Source of the DNA: Armatimonadia bacterium | GTDB lineage: Bacteria; Armatimonadota; Zipacnadia; Zipacnadales; UBA11051 | DNA length: 16,131 nt | Assembly (NCBI GenBank): GCA_039683575.1 | Contig: JBDKRC010000103.1 | Coordinates: 1-16,131 of the forward strand | Direction: 5' to 3' | In this document: positions 1 through 6,881 of the stretch, in pieces | Layout of the letters: every line of letters begins with the position of its first letter | How positions within the stretch are numbered: the first letter of the stretch is position 1 | Translations under genes and position numbers: made by a program | The notes under the pieces: generated by a model | What the model saw: the letters and a program-made list of their open reading frames with translations, nothing else | Database searches by the model: none | Told to the model about the DNA's origin: nothing

Positions 1-629
1 CCGGGGATATCGCTAAGGACGATCAGCTTTTCCGCGCCGAGGGCCGCGGCTACGGCTCCCGCGGCGGTGTCTGCGTTGATGTTATAGCTCTGGCCCTCTT
101 CGCCGATGCCGATGGTGGAGATGACTACCACATAGCCAGCATCGGTGAGCACGTCCACGACGCCGGTGTCGACTGACACGATGTCGCCTACGCAACCCAG
201 ATCGCCCTCGGGCGACTCCAGCTTGCAGGCCCGGATGAGGCCGGCATCCTTGCCGGAGAGGCCGACGGCTTTGCCGCCGTGGGTCTGGATCAGCGAGACC
301 AGTTCCTTGTTCACGGTGCCCACGAGCACCATCTGCGCGACTTCCATGGTGGCGGGGTCAGTAACGCGCAGGCCACCAACGAACTTTGGCTCGAGGCCGA
401 GGCGCTTCATCATGTCATTGACTTGCGGCCCGCCGCCATGCACGACTACGACGCGAATACCGACGTAGTGCAGAAGGGCGAGGTCCCGGGCGACCGAATT
501 GCGCAGCGCAGGATCATCCATGGCCGCGCCGCCGTATTTGACGACGACGGTCTTGTTCTGCCACTCGCGGATATATGGCAGGGCCTCGCTGAGGATGTGC
601 ATTCGTTCGCGATAGGAGTCGTCGAGCAT
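1..629 (-). CDS. argB: Acetylglutamate kinase (3' end runs off the window edge)
   Basis: Manual translation (not in the ORF track): MLDDSYRERMHILSEALPYIREWQNKTVVVKYGGAAM...VVVHGGGPQV...GLRVTD...MVLVGTVNKELV...AVGLSGKD...YNINADTAAGAVAAALGAEKLIVLSDIP. These are classic NAGK motifs, downstream of argC/argJ. An in-frame GTG at 647 is an alternative start. Confidence 0.96.
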   Translation of the reverse strand, partial: MLDDSYRERMHILSEALPYIREWQNKTVVVKYGGAAMDDPALRNSVARDLALLHYVGIRVVVVHGGGPQVNDMMKRLGLEPKFVGGLRVTDPATMEVAQMVLVGTVNKELVSLIQTHGGKAVGLSGKDAGLIRACKLESPEGDLGCVGDIVSVDTGVVDVLTDAGYVVVISTIGIGEEGQSYNINADTAAGAVAAALGAEKLIVLSDIP

Positions 630-646
630 GTCGTTGCCTTTCTCCA

Positions 647-687
647 CTCTCCTTTCTAGGTCCGCAGGAGAGGGGCAGGGGGTGAGG
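647..687. repeat. Short purine/pyrimidine-tract element (GGAGAGGGGCAGGGGGTGAGG) with a 7-bp inverted repeat
   Basis: CTCTCCT (647-653) pairs with AGGAGAG (666-672), followed by GGGCAGGGGGTGAGG. Resembles the CCTCACCCC..CCCCTCTCC class of small intergenic repeats; only one copy in this window. Confidence 0.45.
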
Positions 688-693
688 CGCGGG

Positions 694-1086
694 CTAGATG
701 TCCAGTCCGCGGCGTCGTCGGATATGACGACGCACAAGATACCATGTCAGTAATACAATGGCGATTGGTGTCACGATCGTTAAGACCGTCGACAGCACTA
801 GGTACGGTTCCGCACTGCGTCCCACTGGCATGCCGACAAGGCGGGTAACTGCCTGCCAAGCATGCACGATAGGGTTAGCCAGAAGCACCAACAGCACAAC
901 CATGGCGATGGCCGCTGAGGTCGTCGCCACACGAAACCAGAAAACCTGCCACATGACCGGCCTGTCACGGGCCTCAACTCGCCACCAGGGAGTCAGGTTC
1001 CACATCTCATAGAGTTGCCAGAACCGCCGCTCCCTGCGCGCCGGACCATAGGGGTCCGGTACCGCTACGCGACGACGACGGGCCAT
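694..1086 (-). CDS. Hypothetical small membrane protein (130 aa, two predicted TM helices)
   Basis: Start revised to ATG at 1086, preceded by GAGGAGGTAGGGAG. Hydrophobic segments AAIAMVVLLVLLANPIV and YLVLSTVLTIVTPIAIVLLTWYLV, Arg-rich ends. Fills the argJ-argB gap. Confidence 0.7.
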   Translation of the reverse strand: MARRRRVAVPDPYGPARRERRFWQLYEMWNLTPWWRVEARDRPVMWQVFWFRVATTSAAIAMVVLLVLLANPIVHAWQAVTRLVGMPVGRSAEPYLVLSTVLTIVTPIAIVLLTWYLVRRHIRRRRGLDI

Positions 1087-1112
1087 CTCCCTACCTCCTC
1101 GAGCGCCTGCCT

Positions 1113-2405
1113 CTAATGCGCGTTGTACTCGACGTACCCCGGCGTGATGTCGCTGGTCCAGTAGGTGCAGGTGGCATCGCCGCTCTTGAGGTCTATGACC
1201 ACCTGCTGGTCGCCTTCCATGAGCGCCGCTTCGGCCTCGGCCACGTCGAACTCCTGCGGCTCGCCGTCTTCCCAGGCCGTGATGCTCTGCCACTGCAGGC
1301 TCATCTTGCTGATGTCGAACGGGAGCAGGCTTGAGCCGAGGGCGGCGGCGATGCGGCCCCAGTTGAAGTCCCCGCCGAACAGGCAGGTCTTGAACAGGGT
1401 GTAGGTGGCCAGCTTGCGGGCCAGTTCGTGGGCCGTCTCATAGTCGGGCGCGCCCTTGACCACGATCTCAAGGAACTTGCTGACCTCCTCGCCGTCGCGG
1501 ACGATCTGCTTGGCGAGGTCCTGGCAGACGTGGTTGAGCGCAGCCTTGAAGGACTCGAAGCCCTCATCGCTCTCGCTCTTGAGGGGCTCGTTCTCGGCGG
1601 CTCCGTTGGCGAGGATGGCGACCGTGTCGTTGGTGCTCATGTCGCCGTCCACGCTGATGCAGTTGAAGCTGTACTTGACGGCCTCCTGCAGGGTGCGCTT
1701 GAGCAGGCCGGGCTCGATGGCGAGGTCGGTGGTGATGAAGCAGAGCATCGTGGCCATGTTGGGGCAGATCATGCCCGCGCCCTTGCAGATCGCGCCGAGG
1801 TGTACGGTGGTGCCGGCGGAAGGGGTCGGTGACAACGGCCGGCCGGGTACGAGCCCCGGCCCTACAGCGGAGGCCGGAGCGGGCGAGACGCCCGCACTAC
1901 GCGATGGGATGATGAACTTCGTTGTTGAGATCTTCTCGACCGTGTCGGTGGTCAGGATGCCCCTGGCGATCCGGACGGGGTCCTCGCGGGAAAGCTCACC
2001 GGCCATGTCCTCGATGCCCGCCTCGACTTTCTCCATGGGCAGGAAGACGCCGATGCGGCCCGTGGAGCACACGATGCAGTCCTTGGCGTCCACGCCGGTC
2101 AACTTGGCAGCCAACTCGCCCATCCGGCGCGAGTCCGCCATGCCCTGCGAGCCGGTGGCGCAGTTCGCGTTGCCGCTGTTGACCACGATGGTGCTGGCCT
2201 GGCCGTCGGCTACGGCCTCCTGGGTCACGTAAGTCGAAGCCGCGCGGAAGACATTCTGGGTCAAGGTGGCTGCTGCCGCTGCCGGACGGATGGAATGGAT
2301 CAGCACCATGTCGAGGCTGCCGTCCTTCTTGATGCCCGCCGCAGTGGCCGCCGCCACGAAGTCCTTAGCCGCCAATACGCCACCTTCGGTTATCTCGAAC
2401 AGCAT
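1113..2405 (-). CDS. argJ: Ornithine acetyltransferase / glutamate N-acetyltransferase ArgJ, with ~30-aa insertion
   Basis: Motifs VNSGNAN, CSTGRIG, ILTTDT, KGAGMICPNMATML (autocleavage Thr), FNCISVDGDMSTNDT, IVRDGE, NWGRI, YVEYNA. SD GGAGG upstream. Confidence 0.97.
   Translation of the reverse strand: MLFEITEGGVLAAKDFVAAATAAGIKKDGSLDMVLIHSIRPAAAAATLTQNVFRAASTYVTQEAVADGQASTIVVNSGNANCATGSQGMADSRRMGELAAKLTGVDAKDCIVCSTGRIGVFLPMEKVEAGIEDMAGELSREDPVRIARGILTTDTVEKISTTKFIIPSRSAGVSPAPASAVGPGLVPGRPLSPTPSAGTTVHLGAICKGAGMICPNMATMLCFITTDLAIEPGLLKRTLQEAVKYSFNCISVDGDMSTNDTVAILANGAAENEPLKSESDEGFESFKAALNHVCQDLAKQIVRDGEEVSKFLEIVVKGAPDYETAHELARKLATYTLFKTCLFGGDFNWGRIAAALGSSLLPFDISKMSLQWQSITAWEDGEPQEFDVAEAEAALMEGDQQVVIDLKSGDATCTYWTSDITPGYVEYNAH
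1841..1865 (-). repeat. GTAG-type REP-like palindrome inside argJ
   Basis: Minus strand reads GTAG-GGCCGGG-GCTCGTA-CCCGGCC (7-bp perfect stem). Confidence 0.7.
1879..1900 (-). repeat. GTAG-type REP-like palindrome inside argJ
   Basis: Minus strand reads GTAG-T-GCGGGCG-TCT-CGCCCGC. It shares the core CGGGCG-nCT-CGCCCG with the intergenic copy at 12799-12821. Confidence 0.72.
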
Positions 2406-2842
2406 TCGTCGCCCTCCTCCGGGTTTTGTCCCGTCAAGCGGGTTCTGATCATCGGTGTCAGCCCCTCACGCACCTTGAAACCAAACTTCTCGTAGAATTT
2501 GAGATTGCCATGGGCGGTCACCAGGGTCAGGTGCGCCACGCCGAGCTTGTCGAGTTCCTCGACGAGCAACCGCACCAACTCGCCGCCGATGCCGCGCCGC
2601 TGGTACTCGGGATGGACGACGACATAGCGGATTTCCGCGAGGATGTGACCGTCCCACATCGCCCGGCACATGCCCACGAGACGGTCGCCGTCGTAGGCCA
2701 GGACAGTGCAGGGCGCATTATCCCATACGCGCTGCACCCTATCCAGCCCATGCCGCTCGGGATCGACCCAGCCGACGGATAGTGCAAGGCGCCGAACTCC
2801 CTCAGCACAGGGGCGGCCATTTATCTGGTAGGTAATTGGCAT
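2390..2842 (-). CDS. GNAT family N-acetyltransferase (150 aa)
   Basis: LAYDGDRLVGMCR, acetyl-CoA motif A VVVHPEYQRRGIGGELV and FYEKFGF. Start revised to ATG 2842, 10 nt after the lipoprotein stop. The 3' end overlaps the argJ start by 16 nt. Confidence 0.9.
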   Translation of the reverse strand: MPITYQINGRPCAEGVRRLALSVGWVDPERHGLDRVQRVWDNAPCTVLAYDGDRLVGMCRAMWDGHILAEIRYVVVHPEYQRRGIGGELVRLLVEELDKLGVAHLTLVTAHGNLKFYEKFGFKVREGLTPMIRTRLTGQNPEEGDECCSR

Positions 2843-2852
2843 GGTGTTTGTG

Positions 2853-3359
2853 CTATTTCCCTTGGGTGATGCCTGTAAGCTGCTGCCACTGCGCTGCGGT
2901 GAGGCCTTTCGGCTTCTGCATGCCCTCTCCGTTCTCATCCAGTTCGCCCAAGTACTGGTAGCGATTGGGAGCCACCCGTCGGAATATCACGCTGTCTGCG
3001 AAGTGCCCGCCGTCCGCCACATAGGCCATTCCTACGGCAGTGTACTCTCCAACGATGTCAAGCGAGCAATAGGCGTGCTTGACACCTTCGCACTGCTTTT
3101 CGATGATCCTCTCAATGACCGGGTGCACGTAAGTGCGCACGTCGTGGCCCTTGTCCTTGTGCAGATGCTTCGGGTCCGTTGGCTTGACAGAGCCCGGTGT
3201 GGGCACGGGCTGCGACTCTGGAGTCGTCACAGCCGGTTCGACTGCAGGCTGTGGGGCCTGTGGCGGCGGTGTCGCTTGCGGCACGACCGTGCTTTTTGTG
3301 CCGCAGCCACACAGGCACAGCACCAGCGGTACCAACAGTCCCAGCAGTGTTCGCCGCAT
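2853..3359 (-). CDS. Putative lipoprotein with Pro-rich linker
   Basis: MRR + hydrophobic core + lipobox LCGC, then a P/Q/T-rich linker and a small globular C-terminal region. SD GGAGGGGAG upstream. Confidence 0.78.
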   Translation of the reverse strand: MRRTLLGLLVPLVLCLCGCGTKSTVVPQATPPPQAPQPAVEPAVTTPESQPVPTPGSVKPTDPKHLHKDKGHDVRTYVHPVIERIIEKQCEGVKHAYCSLDIVGEYTAVGMAYVADGGHFADSVIFRRVAPNRYQYLGELDENGEGMQKPKGLTAAQWQQLTGITQGK

Positions 3360-3430
3360 TCTCCCCTCCCTGATGCTCTACACCCGGCAACTCATTCCTG
3401 ACCCCTGAGACCGGTCCTCTAATCCCTGCC

Positions 3431-4483
3431 TTACGGCCACATGGCCATCATCGGCACGCCCAGCGTCTCGTCGAAGCCGCACATCAGGTTCATGCACTGC
3501 AGCGCCGCGCCGGAGAGGCCCTTGATGAGGTTGTCAATGGCGGCTACCACTATCAGGCGACCGTTGTCCTCGTCCACTGCCACGCCGATGTCGCAGCGGT
3601 TTGTGCCTGCCACGGCCTTGGTGAAGGGCATCGCGCCTAGCGGCAGCACGCGCACGCAGGGCTCGCCGTCATAGTACTCCTGGTAGACCTCCCACACCTC
3701 GCCGGCAGTCATTGGCTTGACCAGGTTGCCGTAGGCCGTGGAGAGGATGCCGCGGCTGATGGGGATCAGGTGCGGGGTGAAGGTCACCTTGACCTCGGCT
3801 GCGGTGCGGCACGCGCAACTGGCGAAGCTAAGCTCCTGGTTCATCTCGGGGGTGTGCCGGTGGCTGGCGACCTTGTAGGCGGTCAGCGACTCGTTGACCT
3901 CGGAGAAGTGGCTGCCGAGAGCCAGCTTGCGGCCCGCGCCGGATACTCCGGACAGCGAATCGACGATCAGGCCCTTTGTCTCCACCAAGCCCCCTGCCAC
4001 GGCTGGCGCCAGCGCCAGGGTGCCGCTGGTGGGGTAACAGCCCGGAACCGCGACGAAATTGGTTGCCGCGACGTCTGCCCGGTGCAGCTCAGGCAGGCCG
4101 TATACTGCCTTGCCGATTAGCTCAGGCATCGGGTGGGTGCCGTAGTACCGCTCATAGTCAGCGAGGTTCTTGAGCCGGAAGTCCGCCGAAAAGTCGAGGG
4201 TCTTTTTGCCCGCAGCCACTGACTGGGCCACCATTGCGGTGCCATCGCCGGGGTGCAGCGCGAATACCAGCACGTCGGCCTTGCTCGCGGCGGTCTCGAA
4301 GTCACCGGCTTCGATCACCATGTCGGCGATCTGCGGCAGGTGCGAGTAGACCTCGCCAAACGTCTTGCCGGCGGTTGAGTGCCCGGCGAGGTAAACCAGC
4401 TCGAACTGCGGGTGCCCCAGCACCATTCGCGCCAGTTCCGCGCCGCCGTATCCCGAAGCCCCGAATATCGCTACCTTAGTCAC
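3431..4483 (-). CDS. argC: N-acetyl-gamma-glutamyl-phosphate reductase
   Basis: GASGYGG Rossmann motif, DFSADFRL, AVYGLPE, VPGCYPT (catalytic Cys), SGVSGAGR, HRHTPE, FTPHL, IDNLIKG. GTG start with SD GGAGG. Confidence 0.98.
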   Translation of the reverse strand: MTKVAIFGASGYGGAELARMVLGHPQFELVYLAGHSTAGKTFGEVYSHLPQIADMVIEAGDFETAASKADVLVFALHPGDGTAMVAQSVAAGKKTLDFSADFRLKNLADYERYYGTHPMPELIGKAVYGLPELHRADVAATNFVAVPGCYPTSGTLALAPAVAGGLVETKGLIVDSLSGVSGAGRKLALGSHFSEVNESLTAYKVASHRHTPEMNQELSFASCACRTAAEVKVTFTPHLIPISRGILSTAYGNLVKPMTAGEVWEVYQEYYDGEPCVRVLPLGAMPFTKAVAGTNRCDIGVAVDEDNGRLIVVAAIDNLIKGLSGAALQCMNLMCGFDETLGVPMMAMWP

Positions 4484-4504
4484 AATGACCCTCCCAGATG
4501 TGCC

Positions 4505-4615
4505 TCAAACCCGGCGTTCCCGCCTCTCGCGTTCACGCCGTTCGCCCCCCAACCAGATACGAAAAAAGCCACCCAGACTGCGGGCGGCAATGCAAAGGCT
4601 TGCCTTCGAGTACAC
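4505..4615 (-). CDS. Candidate leaderless leader peptide (36 aa) ending in an Arg/Glu run
   Basis: GTG lies 7 nt downstream of TACAAT. Peptide is (M)YSKASLCIAARSLGGFFRIWLGGERRERERRERRV*; the stop is 21 nt before the argC start. Speculative. Confidence 0.3.
   Translation of the reverse strand: MYSKASLCIAARSLGGFFRIWLGGERRERERRERRV
4562..4588 (-). terminator. Intrinsic terminator-like hairpin in the argC leader (possible attenuator)
   Basis: Minus strand GCCGCCC-GCAGTCT-GGGTGGC followed by TTTTTT. Oriented with the arg operon and about 80 nt upstream of argC, with no clear upstream gene to terminate. Confidence 0.65.
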
Positions 4616-4622
4616 GTCACAG

Positions 4623-4628
4623 ATTGTA
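4623..4628 (-). promoter_or_regulatory. Putative sigma70 -10 element for the arg operon
   Basis: TACAAT on the minus strand; no good -35 at 17-bp spacing. Confidence 0.35.
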
Positions 4629-4869
4629 CTTACCCACGCCTGGCGCGGCCGGGGAAGCCAACAATCTGCACTGTGTAGACCGAAAACAAGGACATCATCA
4701 TCTTGCTCCAAGCGGAACATACCAGTTTCAGCCCCCGGAGTCAAGATACAAGGGCAACAAGGCATGCGGCTGCATTGTGGTTCGCTCCCCTACTCACCAC
4801 CCGGTTTGTCCATCGTCATCTGCGCCGTGGTGGCTCTGAGTTGAACATCAACGCCAACTGGAACCTTGA

Positions 4870-4902
4870 TGTCATAAAAGAGTCATAAATGTGTTATTAT
4901 TG
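4870..4902 (+). promoter_or_regulatory. PhoB/OmpR-type 11-bp direct repeat (Pho-box-like) overlapping the promoter
   Basis: TGTCATAAAAG / AGTCATAAATG / TGTTATTATTG in exact 11-bp phase. GTCATAAA is repeated perfectly at 4871 and 4882. A -10-like TATTAT lies at 4895-4900 and SD GGAGG at 4921. Confidence 0.55.
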
Positions 4903-4930
4903 TGACCACACTATCCACTCGGAGGTCCGT

Positions 4931-5569
4931 ATGCTCAGGTCTCGCCGTGGTTTCACCCTTATCGAACTGCTGGTAGTCATCGCCATTATCGCGATTCTTG
5001 CTGCCATCCTGTTCCCTGTCTTCGCCAAGGCCCGTGAAAAGGCCCGTCAAGCCTCATGTCTTTCCAACCTACGCCAGCTTGGCACCGCCATCCTGTCGTA
5101 CGCCCAGGACTACGACGAGCAGCTTCCCTACATGTACACCGTCTGTGGTCCCATTACTTTGCCCAATGGCGCCGCGTACGCCGGCCCCAATAATCTCTGG
5201 CACTTCGCCATCTTCCCCTACGCCAAGAACGTCCAGATCTTCAACTGCCCCAGCGGCACGAACCGGTGGACCGGCAACTACAGCGGCGGCACTGGCTATG
5301 GGCTCAACACCTTCAACGATGGCCTTTCGCTCGGCGCCTTCAACTTCCCGTCTGAAGCCATGATTCTCGCCGAGGCCCAGGGCGGAGACCCCTACAACCT
5401 AGATGGCGACACGCTTGGTGCCAACGAGGAAATGGGCGGCATCCACAATGACGGACTCAACAACACCTTCATTGACGGCCACGCCAAGTGGATGCAGCGC
5501 TCCGCGCTCCCCGTCTACGGCGCCAACAGCCGCTACTGGAACGGTCTGTACACCGGCTCCAACCCGTAG
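4931..5569 (+). CDS. Prepilin-type N-terminal cleavage/methylation protein with DUF1559 and H-X9-DG motif
   Basis: [55 protein letters not shown]-terminal [16 protein letters not shown] (H-X9-DG). Start revised to ATG 4931 after GGAGG. Confidence 0.93.
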   Translation: MLRSRRGFTLIELLVVIAIIAILAAILFPVFAKAREKARQASCLSNLRQLGTAILSYAQDYDEQLPYMYTVCGPITLPNGAAYAGPNNLWHFAIFPYAKNVQIFNCPSGTNRWTGNYSGGTGYGLNTFNDGLSLGAFNFPSEAMILAEAQGGDPYNLDGDTLGANEEMGGIHNDGLNNTFIDGHAKWMQRSALPVYGANSRYWNGLYTGSNP

Positions 5570-5625
5570 TCTCAAGCTATGCGCGCGCTAACCCTCGCGC
5601 GCAGATGACGGACCACTTGACCACA

Positions 5626-5659
5626 CGGACCGGCCCGCCCGCGGGCCGGTCCGCATTTT
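5626..5659 (+). terminator. Hairpin / probable terminator after the prepilin gene
   Basis: CGGACCGGCCCGC-CC-GCGGGCCGGTCCG (13-bp inverted repeat) followed by CATTTT. Confidence 0.6.
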
Positions 5660-5749
5660 GCTCCTCTGTCGCAGTTCAGCGCCGGTTGCCTCAGCACTGG
5701 CGCTTCGGCAGGTCCATAGCCCCTCATTAGCGAACCCCTTTTGCACACC

Positions 5750-6811
5750 ATGGCTCGACTTGATCGCTACCTCTTCGCCGAAATGCTCTGGCCCTTCGTG
5801 GGGGGCGTTTTGACGTTCGTGGTCCTGATCACCGGCCATATGCTGTTTCTGGCCATCGAGACCATGGTAGACCACCACGTGCCCCTCTCCGGCGTCCTGC
5901 GCTATGTCTCGTACCAGGTCCCGGGCGCTCTGATCATGGCCTTGCCCGTTGCCACGCTGCTAGCCGCGTCCCTGGCCTTCAACCGGCTTGCTCGCGACCA
6001 CGAACTCATCGCCCTGCGCTCTGGCGGGATGAGCACGTGGCGCCTGATCATTCCGGGTCTGGTGCTCGGCCTGATCGCCGCAGGCGGCTCAATCTGGCTC
6101 AGTGGCAGCCTCGCTCCGCGCTCCAAACAAGCAGCCAGCGACCTGATGCGCGACGTGGTTTTGCAACAGCGCGCGCTGGTCTTCAAGCCCCACCAGTTCC
6201 TCGATACCGGCCGCGGCCTGAACCTCTATGTCGAGGGCGCCGACGAGGCGAAGGACGAGGTCAGCGGGCTGCACGTCTTTTGTCTGCGGCCCGAGGGCCC
6301 GCCAATGCTGCTCTGGGCCCCAAAAGCGCAATTCGGCGCCACGACGCTCCTCGTGCCTCAGCCACGGTTCTATGCCCTCGACACCAACGGGGCGCTCACC
6401 TACGGGGACTCTGACAGCATTGACATAGACCTGACGCAAGTTGGCGCCGGATCGTCGCACCGGTCCCGTGGCCTTGAAGATCAGAGCCTGCGCGCACTGT
6501 GGCAACGGGCCCACGTTCGGGGTGCTGGCGGTGACCGGAGCGCCTCGCTTGAGTTCCACTCGCGCCTGTCCATGGCGTTCGCCTGCCTGGTCTTCGCCCT
6601 GTTAGCCGGCCCGGTCACACTGCGCTTTAGCCGAGGCCAGAGCCTCGTAGGCGTACTGGCTACGATCATCGTGGTATTCATCTTCTACGTGGTGATGCTC
6701 TGGACTCGCATGTTGGGGGAAAGCGGTGTGCTGCCGGTGATGGCTGCGGCGTGGGGGGAGACGGCGGCCCTGTCCATAGTCGCGCTTGTTGCCATAGCCC
6801 GAGTGAGATGA
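5750..6811 (+). CDS. LptF/LptG (YjgP/YjgQ) family permease
   Basis: RLDRYLFAEMLWPF N-terminus, three TMs, FNRLARDHELIALRSGGMS coupling motif, periplasmic region, EFHSRLSMAFACLVFALLAGP and three C-terminal TMs. Confidence 0.88.
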   Translation: MARLDRYLFAEMLWPFVGGVLTFVVLITGHMLFLAIETMVDHHVPLSGVLRYVSYQVPGALIMALPVATLLAASLAFNRLARDHELIALRSGGMSTWRLIIPGLVLGLIAAGGSIWLSGSLAPRSKQAASDLMRDVVLQQRALVFKPHQFLDTGRGLNLYVEGADEAKDEVSGLHVFCLRPEGPPMLLWAPKAQFGATTLLVPQPRFYALDTNGALTYGDSDSIDIDLTQVGAGSSHRSRGLEDQSLRALWQRAHVRGAGGDRSASLEFHSRLSMAFACLVFALLAGPVTLRFSRGQSLVGVLATIIVVFIFYVVMLWTRMLGESGVLPVMAAAWGETAALSIVALVAIARVR

Positions 6812-6881
6812 TCCTTGTGGAAGGGGTCACCGACCCCGACCGTATCATACCTTCTCAAGTCTCAGTAAGGAGCCTGTGACT

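Noticed and set aside
1087-1293. Long N-terminal extension of ORF 694..1293
   Set aside because: It overlaps argJ in another frame, and a strong SD precedes ATG 1086.
1816-1905. ArgJ insertion as an intein or intron
   Set aside because: Only ~30 aa, no intein C/S...HN termini and no intron structure; palindromic repeats explain it better.
4484-4930. ArgR boxes, T-box or known riboswitch upstream of argC
   Set aside because: No tandem TGAATA-type ARG box, no T-box AGGGTGGNACCGCG motif and no aptamer recognised by eye; an Infernal search is needed to exclude them fully.
6817-6837. GGGGTC-ACC-GACCCC palindrome sharing 12 bp with the argJ insert (1822-1833)
   Set aside because: Too short to separate from chance without a genome-wide count.
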